From the IMG/VR virus record IMGVR_UViG_3300031159_000045, positions 1 to 36,567 of that record: a stretch of 36,567 bases of DNA. One strand, 5' to 3'. Positions 16,254-25,650 of this stretch are shown piece by piece. The translations under genes and the position numbers were made by a program. The DNA comes from a virus (Duplodnaviria > Caudoviricetes). The notes beneath the pieces are model-generated. The model made no database searches, had not been told where the DNA came from, and saw only the letters and a list, made by a program, of their open reading frames with translations. Every line of letters starts with the position of its first letter. The first letter of the stretch is position 1.

Positions 16254-17219
16254 ATGGACAAGCAAACTTTGCAGGCCAAATACGAGGAATTGGAGACGGA
16301 AAAGGCAGCACTCAATCCGATCGATGACAAATTCCGAATCACGGTCATCGAGCAGGAACAGGCGCGCCTGGCCGCCCAGATCGCCGAGATCGACCGCCTC
16401 GAGCAACAAGCCGCCACGGTCGCCACCGTCGAGCTGCCGCAGGACTACGACGCGCTGTGGGGCGTGTCCGGTGCCAACGACGAAATCATTTCGCTCATCC
16501 AGCAGGCGTACGAGCAGGCGTTTGCGGCCGGTAACGATTATATCGCGCAGATCCAGGAAGAGTATCAAGCCAAGCTGGAGGCGGCGGAAACTGAGCGCCA
16601 AAACCTCGCGCAGCTGGTTGAATCGCTGCAAGCCCAGCTGGATTCGACTAAAGACGCGCTGAAGAAAGCCGAAATCGATCGCCAAACGTCCGAGGAAGCC
16701 CAGGCGGACGCCGAAGCCAAGCGCGACAATGCTGTGGCGCTCATGGAAGAGGCGCAGGCGGAGCGCGATAAAGCCGTTTCGCAGGTAAACAGCCTCAAGA
16801 GCCAGATCGACGAGCTCGAGAACATGTTGCGCGCCTACAAAAATCGTTCTGCCAGCGGTGGCGTTCTTAGCGGCCTCAAGCTTACCTCCACGCTGCCGGT
16901 AGAAAGCGAAGAAGAGCGGAAAGCTCGCTTGGAACGGGAACGCATCGAGCAAATCAATCGAGGCCTGGCGAGGCTGGGAGAAGCCCCTCTGCCGCTTCCT
17001 ACGAAGAAGGAGGAAAGCACTGCAGTCAAAGACGACCGATTTTCTGTGGACCAGGACAACGTCAACGCCGGTGGACTGGCTGAAGGGAACGCTAACGTAC
17101 CGTTGGATGGAGAAGCAACTGCGGAACTCACCCTGGAACAAAAAGTAGAAGTGCTGTGGAAGTGGAGAAACGTTGTTAATGACAAACTGTTTCCGCTGCA
17201 AGTCGTTGATATGAAATAA
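16254..17219 (+). CDS. Long coiled-coil protein of unknown function
   Basis: A/E/Q-rich heptad character; SD AAGGGG. Confidence 0.8.
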   Translation: MDKQTLQAKYEELETEKAALNPIDDKFRITVIEQEQARLAAQIAEIDRLEQQAATVATVELPQDYDALWGVSGANDEIISLIQQAYEQAFAAGNDYIAQIQEEYQAKLEAAETERQNLAQLVESLQAQLDSTKDALKKAEIDRQTSEEAQADAEAKRDNAVALMEEAQAERDKAVSQVNSLKSQIDELENMLRAYKNRSASGGVLSGLKLTSTLPVESEEERKARLERERIEQINRGLARLGEAPLPLPTKKEESTAVKDDRFSVDQDNVNAGGLAEGNANVPLDGEATAELTLEQKVEVLWKWRNVVNDKLFPLQVVDMK

Positions 17220-17224
17220 AGAAC

Positions 17225-17242
17225 GGCCCTCTTCGGAGGGCC
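17225..17242 (+). terminator. GC hairpin with a UUCG loop
   Basis: GGCCCTC-TTCG-GAGGGCC; weak U-tract. Confidence 0.45.
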
Positions 17243-17274
17243 ATTGCCCATAACGGGATGAGGGGGAAACGGGA

Positions 17275-17820
17275 ATGGCGATCGGACAGCTTTATACGCG
17301 GACGGGCGGGTACACGGTGATGAATTTGGGGCCGGCGACAGCGGAGAACTATCGGCGCTCTGCAAGGATGGCTCGCGCGCTTCTGGCGCGCACGAAGGAC
17401 AAAGGCGACCGGCGGACGATCAACGAGATGATCGGAGAATGCGAATACGCTGCGGAATGGCTCGAAACAGGTAGGCGGCCGGGGAACCGCCGGGGCATCG
17501 AGAGGCGCGCAGCGTACCAACGAGAGCGTCCGGTGGACCCGATCGTCTTGCAGGCTTACATCGGGCACAGGAGCGCCGGAGGAGCCGTGCAGGCGTCCAG
17601 TGTGACCGATGAGGACCGACAGCGCATCGAAAATGTTCTGGCCAAGCTTACGAACCGTGAGCGCGAGGCGTATACGATGGTGGTTGGAGGCGGATTGTCG
17701 TACTCAGAAGTGGCCGAACTGATTGGAGTGCAGAAAGGGAGTGTTCAGAGTTTTGTCGAGGCGGCAGAGAAGAAGATTCGGAGTATGCTTTTTCAAGGTG
17801 ACCTTTTCGATTTCCTTTGA
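17275..17820 (+). CDS. Xpf/YqaQ-like sigma-type late transcription factor
   Basis: EWLETGRRPGNRRGIERRAAYQRE plus a sigma region 4 HTH (LTNREREAY...GLSYSEVAELIGV); lies just before the packaging genes; start may be 17317 or 17320. Confidence 0.82.
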   Translation: MAIGQLYTRTGGYTVMNLGPATAENYRRSARMARALLARTKDKGDRRTINEMIGECEYAAEWLETGRRPGNRRGIERRAAYQRERPVDPIVLQAYIGHRSAGGAVQASSVTDEDRQRIENVLAKLTNREREAYTMVVGGGLSYSEVAELIGVQKGSVQSFVEAAEKKIRSMLFQGDLFDFL

Positions 17821-17864
17821 TCGATTTTTCCCTCCCACTAAACGGTGGCGAGGGATTATTTTTT

Positions 17865-18002
17865 TACCTTACGAACGCCACCTATTGGTGTAACGTTATT
17901 TTTTAACGTTAACCCGTGAAGCCTTACGTGACGCGGGTTCTTCGCTTTTTTAACGATTACTCACCACGAAGAATTAACGTTTTTTTCACGGCTTAACGTT
18001 AA
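17865..18002 (+). promoter_or_regulatory. Late promoter / possible pac region with repeated AACGTT palindromes
   Basis: AACGTT at 17892, 17905, 17976 and 17995; AACGAT at 17952; T-tracts between copies. Confidence 0.45.
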
Positions 18003-18024
18003 GCGGAAAGGGGGGCTGCAATTC

Positions 18025-18732
18025 GTGGCTAAACCGATGAAGATCGAAGCACTCGGGTTGCAGAGCATCGTCGCCGCCGGACTCCTGGAAGGCAAAAACC
18101 CGCAGCAGATCGCCGAGGAATGCAGCAAGGCCGCCAAGCAACCGATCAGCAACATGGCCGTGCGCCGGTACATCGAGGCCATGGAAGGCAGCGCTAGCGT
18201 CATGATGGCGCCTGCGAAAGCATCGGCCAAGCCGCCGGACAAGCGCCGCGAACAGGCGGTCAAATCCGTCCCGGAACGCGTGCAGCGCCTCGTAGACCGC
18301 GACATCGACCTTATCGAGCTGCAGTATCGGACGACGGCGGCGCTGGCCGAGAGGTTCGAGTGGATATCGTCGCTCCCGGAAAACTTCGAAAGGCGCATGC
18401 AGCAGTTGCATGACCTGCTTCGTCAAGAGGGCACCGACACAACGACGCTGGACCATTGGGGTCTTGCGTTCACGCTGGAGCTACGCCGCAACATCGGGAA
18501 CATGGCGGTGCTCAACCGGGAGATCCGGGAAAACGCGCGGTTCATGGCTTCGCTGCGGGAAAAGGCGTTCGAGTTCAACCTGATTCAGGAATACCTGCAG
18601 CTGTTCATGGAAATTTTTCGCGAGGCCAGTCCAGAGGCTTACGAGATCGCTGAACAGAAGATAGCGGCAAATCCGCGCATGCAGCGGATCGTGGAGCAGC
18701 AAAAGGAACTGAGGGGGTACGAAGAGGGATGA
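18025..18732 (+). CDS. Putative terminase small subunit
   Basis: N-terminal HTH-like segment and helical body; position before terL; positional call. Confidence 0.55.
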   Translation: MAKPMKIEALGLQSIVAAGLLEGKNPQQIAEECSKAAKQPISNMAVRRYIEAMEGSASVMMAPAKASAKPPDKRREQAVKSVPERVQRLVDRDIDLIELQYRTTAALAERFEWISSLPENFERRMQQLHDLLRQEGTDTTTLDHWGLAFTLELRRNIGNMAVLNREIRENARFMASLREKAFEFNLIQEYLQLFMEIFREASPEAYEIAEQKIAANPRMQRIVEQQKELRGYEEG

Positions 18733-18733
18733 A

Positions 18734-18763
18734 ACCACTGACGAAGAGGTTTTCGTCAGTGGT
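18734..18763 (-). terminator. 12-bp hairpin terminating the zinc-ribbon moron
   Basis: ACCACTGACGAA-N6-TTCGTCAGTGGT. Confidence 0.6.
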
Positions 18764-18775
18764 CCTACATTCTAC

Positions 18776-18907
18776 TTACCGATATTCTGTGTTATCGCAT
18801 TTCGGGCAAGGCGGAAGCTTGTCGGAATCATCGTCAAGAACAACAGTTTGGCCGCAATCTGTGCAGACATAGGTTCCCTTGCCTGGTTTTTCACCGGTAG
18901 ATGGCAT
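18776..18907 (-). CDS. 43-aa zinc-ribbon protein (absent from the ORF track)
   Basis: MPSTGEKPGKGTYVCTDCGQTVVLDDDSDKLPPCPKCDNTEYR; SD AAGGGGAGGTGA. Confidence 0.85.
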   Translation of the reverse strand: MPSTGEKPGKGTYVCTDCGQTVVLDDDSDKLPPCPKCDNTEYR

Positions 18908-18931
18908 GTCGAATCACCTCCCCTTATGGAA

Positions 18932-18961
18932 ATATTCGACAAATAAAGATAAAAACCTTCC
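18932..18961 (-). promoter_or_regulatory. SigH-like promoter
   Basis: Minus strand GAAGGTTTT-N11-GTCGAATAT resembles the AGGA...GAAT consensus. Confidence 0.55.
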
Positions 18962-18988
18962 TATGATCGCAAAGGAGGTGCGCTACAT

Positions 18989-20680
18989 GTGCTTCTCGCC
19001 AAGATCCACGACCGGATAAAGGAACAGGCCAAAGTCAAGAACACCCCGAAATGGGTGCGGGAACCGCGCAAGTACATCGAAGAGCGACTATACATCCGTA
19101 CCAAAACCAAACAGGTCGTGCCGCTGCGCTTCAATCCGATACAGTCCATGTATTGGGATGCGAAGACGAAGCGCGACATCATTCTCAAACCTCGCCAGCT
19201 TGGGTTTTCGACCCTGACGCTCGCGAGGTTTTTTGAGTGCGTCATAAATGAGGAAAACGTCACGGCGGTCGTCGTGGCGCACGATGCGGACAGCACGCAG
19301 AAGCTTTTCCAGACGGTCCAGCTTATGTACGAGCGGCTTCCGGAAGCGAAGAAGGAGCAGCTCAACAACGGCAAAAATAAGCCAAAATACGGCAACCGGA
19401 AGGAATACTACTTCGCCGGAAACAACAGCCGGATTTACGTCGGTACCGCTGGATCCAGCAGTTTCGGCCGCGGGCAGACGATCAACTATCTCCTGTGTTC
19501 GGAGGTCGCGTTCTGGCCTAACCCGGAAGAACTCATGACCGGACTTCTGCAGGCTGTTCCGCCGGACGGCGAAGTCGTGATCGAGAGCACGGCCAACGGC
19601 GTCGGCAACTACTACCACCAGACGTACGAGGACGCCAAGCGCGGAAAGAACACGTGGAAGGCGCACTTCTATGCCTGGTTCCAACACCCGGAGTATCGCC
19701 TCGAACTCGCTCCGGGGGAAACGCTGGAATACGACGAAGATGAGCGCGAACTGATCTCGAAATATGGCGTCGATGACGCGCAACTCAAATGGCGCCGCTG
19801 GAAGATCAGCGAGATGCCGAGCAAGCCGGACATGAGCAAGGAGGACGCGTTCAAGCAGGAGTATCCGGCCAACGACCTCGAGGCGTTCCTGATGACCGGC
19901 ACGCCGGTATTCGATACACGGAAGGTTATGGCGCGCATCGAATTCCTGGAGACCAAGCGGGCGACGATGCGCCCGGACGAACTGCCTGTGCGCGGGAACT
20001 TCGTTTTCAAATACAAGGACCAGATGATCGTCGACAGCAGCATTAGCTTTGTGCCGGATCCGAACGGCGTCGTCACCATCTACAAACATCCTGAGCCGCG
20101 ACGCCCGTACGTGCTCGGCGGGGACACCTCGGAGGGCGGCAAGGACTACAGCGCCGGCCAGATGCTGGACAATATCACCGGCGAGCAGGTGGCCGTCTGG
20201 CATGGGCACAGCGACACGGATTTGTTCGCCAAGCAGATGTACTGCTTCTGCCGCTTCTATAACGGCGCGCTTGCGGCGATCGAGGTCAACTTTGACTTGC
20301 ACCCGGTCAAGGAGCTTGAACGCCTCGGATACTGGCACCAATACCGGCGCGAGCAGATCGACGATTACAACGAGCCTGAGCAGAGCAAGCATGGCTTTAA
20401 AACGACGCCCGTGACACGGCCGGTCATCATTGCGGAACTCGTGGCGATCGTTCGGGAGTCGATCCATCTGATCAACGATCTGCCGACGCTCTACGAGATG
20501 CTGTCGTTCGTTCGCGGGCCCACTGGCAAACCTGAGGCAGCGCCCGGCAAGCACGACGACCTCATTATGGCGCTGGCGATCGCGCACCAAGCGCGTGGCC
20601 AGCAGTCGATGCAACTGGCTCCGGAACAAATCGATTACGACCCAGATTATGAGCCAGCTTTCGGAAGGACGGGATGGTAA
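18989..20680 (+). CDS. terL: Terminase large subunit
   Basis: ILKPRQLGFST Walker A, LLCSEVAFW Walker B, IESTANG, GGDTSEG, HDDLIMA nuclease motifs. Confidence 0.95.
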   Translation: MLLAKIHDRIKEQAKVKNTPKWVREPRKYIEERLYIRTKTKQVVPLRFNPIQSMYWDAKTKRDIILKPRQLGFSTLTLARFFECVINEENVTAVVVAHDADSTQKLFQTVQLMYERLPEAKKEQLNNGKNKPKYGNRKEYYFAGNNSRIYVGTAGSSSFGRGQTINYLLCSEVAFWPNPEELMTGLLQAVPPDGEVVIESTANGVGNYYHQTYEDAKRGKNTWKAHFYAWFQHPEYRLELAPGETLEYDEDERELISKYGVDDAQLKWRRWKISEMPSKPDMSKEDAFKQEYPANDLEAFLMTGTPVFDTRKVMARIEFLETKRATMRPDELPVRGNFVFKYKDQMIVDSSISFVPDPNGVVTIYKHPEPRRPYVLGGDTSEGGKDYSAGQMLDNITGEQVAVWHGHSDTDLFAKQMYCFCRFYNGALAAIEVNFDLHPVKELERLGYWHQYRREQIDDYNEPEQSKHGFKTTPVTRPVIIAELVAIVRESIHLINDLPTLYEMLSFVRGPTGKPEAAPGKHDDLIMALAIAHQARGQQSMQLAPEQIDYDPDYEPAFGRTGW

Positions 20681-20695
20681 GGAGGGTAGCCGAAA

Positions 20696-20905
20696 ATGAA
20701 ACTTGATTGGGATAAGGCTTTGAAACACGGCATCTTCGCGGCTCTGTTCGTCGCGCTTCTGGCATTCACGATGAACGAGAACCGCGCTCGCGAACAGGAG
20801 TACCGGCAGATCATCCAGCAGCAAACAGAAGCTAACGCCAAATTTGCCGACTTGATCAAAATCGATCTGACGCAGATTAAAGACAAACTCGCAGAGGGGA
20901 GGTAA
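20696..20905 (+). CDS. BhlA/UviB-like holin
   Basis: GIFAALFVALL TM segment followed by ENRAREQEYRQII coiled coil; 69 aa. Confidence 0.75.
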   Translation: MKLDWDKALKHGIFAALFVALLAFTMNENRAREQEYRQIIQQQTEANAKFADLIKIDLTQIKDKLAEGR

Positions 20906-20911
20906 GGCACG

Positions 20912-22888
20912 TTGGCCAAACAATCGCAGAAAAACCTGACAAAGTACCTGCAGCGAATCGAATACGCCGAACAAAAGCGCGATGCGGTCTGGCGCGACAA
21001 ATGGCTGGCTTGGTACAAGCGGTACCGTAACGTCGTGGATATGGTGGTCGATCCACGGACGAAAAAGCCGCGCCTGGACCGCTCGAACATTTCCATTCCG
21101 TACCAATTCACGATGGTGGAGACGGTGCTTCCGCGGCTGGTCGAGACGCTTTTCGCTGGTCGCCCATACGTTACCATGAAGGGGCTGCCTCCCGGAACTT
21201 CCGGCGGTGATGTTCGGTCTTTCGTCGAAATGGTGAAGGCGAAAATCAAGCCATGGGAAGACGCTGCCAAGAATATGGAAACGCTCGTCGATTATCAAAT
21301 GAACGTCCCGATGGACATCCAGGACATTTTCGCGGACGGCCTTAAGGGCATGTGCATCTACGGTACGGCCGTGGCTTATACCGGCTGGCGGCTGCGGGAA
21401 CGCGAAGTAATACGACGAGAACGGCGGCCGGTAATGTCTGGCGAATTTGACCCAGAAACCGGCGAGGAACTTCCGATGATTGTTAGCGGTGAAATCGTCA
21501 CAGACTTCCAAGAAGTGTCTGTCAGCGTCAAAGAATACGACGATCCGGAGGTCAGATTCGTGGATCTGGGCCTCTTTTTTGTGGATCCGAACGCGACGGA
21601 CATCGACGACGCTCGCTATTGCGGCCATGACGTATACGTCTCGAAGCGCGAACTCGAGGCGTTGGAAGAACAGGGGGTAATCCGGGTTGATTGGAAACGG
21701 CTGTCGAAGGATTCCCAGGTCAATGAAGCGCGCAATTATCGCATGACGTCGATCGGTCTCCCGTCGGTAGACGACCAGGACGACAACGGCCACGATGACG
21801 ATCTTTACCGCCTAACCTACTATTGGGAAGACGATCTGCGCGTCATGATCCTGAACCGCTGTCAGGTGGTCGCAGAAGGACCGAATCCGTACTGGCATAA
21901 GAAAAAGCCGTACGACAAGGACGTATACTGCGGCGTTCCCGGGGAGTTCTACGGCATCGGCATCATGGAAATCACCCAGGACTTGGGCGACGAACTCAAC
22001 GCCGAGCGTAACCAGCGGATCGATTACCGTTCCATGAGTATGCGACGGATGTTCAAGAAGCGTCGCGGGGCAAACATCGATCCGAATCAGTTGGTATGGC
22101 GACAGGGTGGAGTCATCGATGTCGAGAAAATGGACGACCTTGAAACGCTGGACGCTCCTGACGGCGCGCTGGCGGGTTCTTTTAACCAGGAGGCCATGAT
22201 CAAGCAGGACATCCGTGACGCGGTCGGCGCGCACGACATCGTTATGGGTGCGGCCAGCGGTGGAACGGCCACTGAAGCGATGACGCGGGACAACAACGCG
22301 TCGATCCGGTTCAAGATGATCATCAGTTCAGTGGAAAAGCGCCTACTGCTCGGTGTCGCCCGCAAGATGGTGCAGCTCAACCAGCAGTTCATTGCCGACA
22401 TCCGCGTGCTACCGTTGTTCGATCAGGACGAAAGTCAATGGCCGATCATAACGCCGGAGGATATTCAGGGCGAGTTTCACATCATCGCGTCCGGCAGCAA
22501 CGTGGAGCCGCTGGCCAACAAAGAGGCATTCAAACAGAGAATGGTGGAACTGTACCGGATTGTAGCATCCGATCCGTTTTATCAGCAGTTCCCCAATAAG
22601 CGCCGCAATCTTCTCCAGAAGGTGTTCGAGTCCTTCGACATTCAGGACACGGACGACCTGCTGCCGACCGATGACGAGCTTGCCGGTAGCATCCAGCAAA
22701 TGGCGGTGCAGCAGTTTATCTCAACGCTGCCGCCACAGTTGCAGGCCGTCCTACAGACGGTTATGCAGCAGCAGGCAGCGTCGCCACCGTCCATTCCTTC
22801 CGTTCCTCCGGCCGGCGGCGCGCTTAACACGGCGGCGATGCAGGAACAAGGGCTGCAGATGTCCGGCGCCATCGGGGGTGCCGTATGA
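20912..22888 (+). CDS. Portal protein (P22/podovirus-like)
   Basis: 658 aa after terL; FFVDPNA, FYGIGI, TATEA motifs; Q-rich C-terminus. Confidence 0.85.
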   Translation: MAKQSQKNLTKYLQRIEYAEQKRDAVWRDKWLAWYKRYRNVVDMVVDPRTKKPRLDRSNISIPYQFTMVETVLPRLVETLFAGRPYVTMKGLPPGTSGGDVRSFVEMVKAKIKPWEDAAKNMETLVDYQMNVPMDIQDIFADGLKGMCIYGTAVAYTGWRLREREVIRRERRPVMSGEFDPETGEELPMIVSGEIVTDFQEVSVSVKEYDDPEVRFVDLGLFFVDPNATDIDDARYCGHDVYVSKRELEALEEQGVIRVDWKRLSKDSQVNEARNYRMTSIGLPSVDDQDDNGHDDDLYRLTYYWEDDLRVMILNRCQVVAEGPNPYWHKKKPYDKDVYCGVPGEFYGIGIMEITQDLGDELNAERNQRIDYRSMSMRRMFKKRRGANIDPNQLVWRQGGVIDVEKMDDLETLDAPDGALAGSFNQEAMIKQDIRDAVGAHDIVMGAASGGTATEAMTRDNNASIRFKMIISSVEKRLLLGVARKMVQLNQQFIADIRVLPLFDQDESQWPIITPEDIQGEFHIIASGSNVEPLANKEAFKQRMVELYRIVASDPFYQQFPNKRRNLLQKVFESFDIQDTDDLLPTDDELAGSIQQMAVQQFISTLPPQLQAVLQTVMQQQAASPPSIPSVPPAGGALNTAAMQEQGLQMSGAIGGAV

Positions 22889-23112
22889 CCGAAGCTCAGG
22901 CCGTGCGTTATACGACGCAGACGGAGGGTTGGGCTATCATCGAGGCGGAAATTCATCGATCGCTGGACTACCACCGCGGGCGTCTGGAAGACTGCAAAAC
23001 ATGGGACGAGGTGCAACAGCATCGCGGGGCGATAAGGGCGCTTACTGCGGTGCTTTCGCATGTTGAACAAACGATCAGGGAGGAGGTGGAAGAGGGTGGC
23101 GAGGTACCGTAA
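22885..23112 (+). CDS. Small protein between portal and scaffold
   Basis: ATGA coupling; T.GW.II...QHRGAIRAL pattern. Confidence 0.7.
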   Translation: MTEAQAVRYTTQTEGWAIIEAEIHRSLDYHRGRLEDCKTWDEVQQHRGAIRALTAVLSHVEQTIREEVEEGGEVP

Positions 23113-23262
23113 AAAGCCGGTTGTTGTCGAATCTGAGTAGTAGTTACCGCAGAAAATTAAAAACCGCGGGCCCGGTGAGACTCCGCGCCCGCACATCCAC
23201 TTCGGTGGAACGGCTCCTATTCGGGGGCATTTTTATATTCCACATTGAAAGGGGAAAACCCA

Positions 23263-24138
23263 ATGAGCATTTTCGGTGACGAGACGATAACCCTTCCCGG
23301 ATCCCCGGATGCCGGACAAGACGAGGGCGGGGCCGTAAGTGCCGGAAACGAAAACGACGCCGCCGAAGGTTTCGAAGAACGCGAAGACGCGGAATTCGAA
23401 GAAGCCGACGAAGGCGGCGAGCAGCAAGACGACGAACAAGCCGATGACGATGAAGGCGATGCGTCCCCGGGCGATGATGCCGGACAAGGCGACAACGGCC
23501 TCATTCTCGGTAAGTTCAAGACGCAGGAAGACCTGGCCAAAGCGTATCTCAATCTGCAGCGGGAATTTACGAAGCAGCGCCAAGCGCGGTCTCAGCAGCA
23601 GCCGGCGGCCGCGCCTGCACAAACAGGACAAGGACAGTCGGTCGACCTGAACGAAGTGTTCTGGGCTCAGTTCCGCCAAAACCCGGCTGCGACCATCCAG
23701 GCAATCGTTCAGCACGCCGTCTCGCAACATACTGCGCCGCTCGTTGAAGAACGCCGGACGGAAGTACTTGGGCGTCAATTTGAGGAATTGGCGAAGGAAT
23801 ACCGCCAGCTTGCGACGGACGAGGGCATGCAGAAGTTTACGGCGGCTATCCAGGACGTTGCGGCAGAACTCGGCAATCCCGATCTGGCATTCAACCCGAC
23901 GCCTCGCATGCTCCGCATGGCGGCTCAAGAAGCGTTCGGGGACACTGCGGCAAAGGCGTACGAACGCGGCAAGCAAGCCGGCCGCCAGGACTCCGAGCGG
24001 GCGCGACAAAGCAAGCAAGGCGTCGCTGTCCCGGTCGGAGGAGCAAAACGCAAGGCAGAGACACTGAAGACGCCGGCGGACGAAATCAAGGCGGCCATCT
24101 TGGAGGCCGGACGATCCGGCGGCGGCATCTTCGGTTAA
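23263..24138 (+). CDS. Capsid scaffolding protein
   Basis: Acidic N-terminus, GKFKTQEDLAKAYLNLQ, helical; directly before the capsid gene. Confidence 0.8.
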   Translation: MSIFGDETITLPGSPDAGQDEGGAVSAGNENDAAEGFEEREDAEFEEADEGGEQQDDEQADDDEGDASPGDDAGQGDNGLILGKFKTQEDLAKAYLNLQREFTKQRQARSQQQPAAAPAQTGQGQSVDLNEVFWAQFRQNPAATIQAIVQHAVSQHTAPLVEERRTEVLGRQFEELAKEYRQLATDEGMQKFTAAIQDVAAELGNPDLAFNPTPRMLRMAAQEAFGDTAAKAYERGKQAGRQDSERARQSKQGVAVPVGGAKRKAETLKTPADEIKAAILEAGRSGGGIFG

Positions 24139-24162
24139 TTCAAATCCAAGGAGTGATCACAT

Positions 24163-25317
24163 ATGGCAGTAGTAACGGGAACTCGTGATACCCGAAACAT
24201 CACGCAAAACAAAATTGTTGTCGACATGAGCGACACGATCGCGCTGCTGCAGCCCAATGCAGAGCCGTTCATGTCGTTCCTCAAAATCGCGAAACGCAAC
24301 ACGGAAGTGGCCACCAACCCGAAGTTCGAATGGTTGGAAGACGATCTCCTGCCGCGCTGGGACGCCGTGAACAACGCTTCCGGCTATCAGCCCTCGGATA
24401 CGTCCATTGTGGTGGACAACAGCTCGTATTTTACCGTCAACGATGTCGTCAAGGTGCCGCGGACCGGCGAGGTTTTGCTGGTGACGGCCATCAACACGAC
24501 GACCAATACGCTGACGGTCGTGCGCGGGTACGGCGTGACGGCGGCGGCCGCGCTCAATGATGACGATCCGCTCGTCATCATCGGTAATGCCAACCAAGAA
24601 GGTTCCGGTACCCGCGAGCTTAAGTCTACGCAGGAAGTGCCCAAATTCAACTACACCCAGATCTTCAAAACTCCCTTCGGTGTGACGAATACCGAAAACG
24701 CAACGAAGATGTACGGCGGCAAAGACCTGTCGTATCAGCAAATGAAGGCAGGCGTGCAGCACAAGATTGACATGGCCCGCGCCTTCGTTTTCGGTGAGCG
24801 AAAAGAGGACCTCAGCGGCGGAAAACCGAAGCGCACGACGGGCGGACTGCTGTCGTTCCTGACCAAAAACAACTACGATGCCGGCGGCCAGTTGACGCAG
24901 ACGGAGTTCGACAACAATATCTCGGAGGTCGTGTTCAAGTATGGCAGCAAGGAAAAAATCCTGCTCGCGTCGGCTCGCTTGCTGTCCGTCATCAACAGCT
25001 GGGCGCTTGGTAGGCTCCAAGTCGACAACCTGGCGAAGCAGTACGGCCTTGAAATCTTCAAGTACGTCACGCCTTTTGGCGTTTACAACATCATGAACTA
25101 TCAACACATCCTCGAAGGCGCTGTATACGGGGGCTACGGCATCGTGATCGATCCGGAGGCCGTCAAATATCGCCCGCTGCAAGGACGCGATACGAAGCTG
25201 GAGACCAACATCCAGGCGAACGACGAGGACCAGCGGAAGGACCAATACATCACGGAGGCGGGCCTCGAAGTCCGCAATCCGGAGAAACACGCCGTCATCA
25301 CCGGCGTAACGAGCTAA
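24163..25317 (+). CDS. Major capsid protein (SU10/DUF5309-like)
   Basis: KFEWLEDDL, NYTQIF, RTTGGLL, ITEAGLEVRN. Confidence 0.85.
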   Translation: MAVVTGTRDTRNITQNKIVVDMSDTIALLQPNAEPFMSFLKIAKRNTEVATNPKFEWLEDDLLPRWDAVNNASGYQPSDTSIVVDNSSYFTVNDVVKVPRTGEVLLVTAINTTTNTLTVVRGYGVTAAAALNDDDPLVIIGNANQEGSGTRELKSTQEVPKFNYTQIFKTPFGVTNTENATKMYGGKDLSYQQMKAGVQHKIDMARAFVFGERKEDLSGGKPKRTTGGLLSFLTKNNYDAGGQLTQTEFDNNISEVVFKYGSKEKILLASARLLSVINSWALGRLQVDNLAKQYGLEIFKYVTPFGVYNIMNYQHILEGAVYGGYGIVIDPEAVKYRPLQGRDTKLETNIQANDEDQRKDQYITEAGLEVRNPEKHAVITGVTS

Positions 25318-25333
25318 GGAGGTACAAACAGTC

Positions 25334-25579
25334 ATGGCGAAATTTCAAAGTCGCTGCCCGAATCAAGTCTTGTGCATCAAGCCGGCGCGCAATTCGGTTG
25401 TCGACGGCATCGTCGTTCCGGTTCCGGGTGAGCACATCCGGTTCGAGAACGGGGAGTACGTCACGAACGACAAAGACAAGATCGCGTTCCTGCGTAAGCA
25501 TCGTTTTTTTGGAACATCGATCGTCGAAGTGACGACCGCGGAAGCGAAAAAAGCGGAGCCGCCGGTGCCCGCGGAATAA
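25334..25579 (+). CDS. Small head-associated protein
   Basis: SD AAGGAGG; follows the capsid gene. Confidence 0.7.
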   Translation: MAKFQSRCPNQVLCIKPARNSVVDGIVVPVPGEHIRFENGEYVTNDKDKIAFLRKHRFFGTSIVEVTTAEAKKAEPPVPAE

Positions 25580-25597
25580 TGATTCGTACTCCTGACG

Positions 25598-25627
25598 AGG
25601 CAGGGCATTTTGATGTCCTGCCTTTTT
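25598..25627 (+). terminator. Intrinsic terminator after the head genes
   Basis: AGGCAGGGCAT-TTTG-ATGTCCTGCCT followed by a T run. Confidence 0.8.
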
Positions 25628-25650
25628 CTGTATAAGGACGGTGAAACGAT

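Noticed and set aside
19088-21793. 901-aa minus-strand ORF and other long antisense ORFs (15930-17201, 24157-25335, 25363-26307, 32649-33830)
   Set aside because: They shadow well-supported plus-strand genes, show no recognisable motifs, and are expected from GC-rich codon bias. The nested MTase frame, by contrast, has motifs and an SD.
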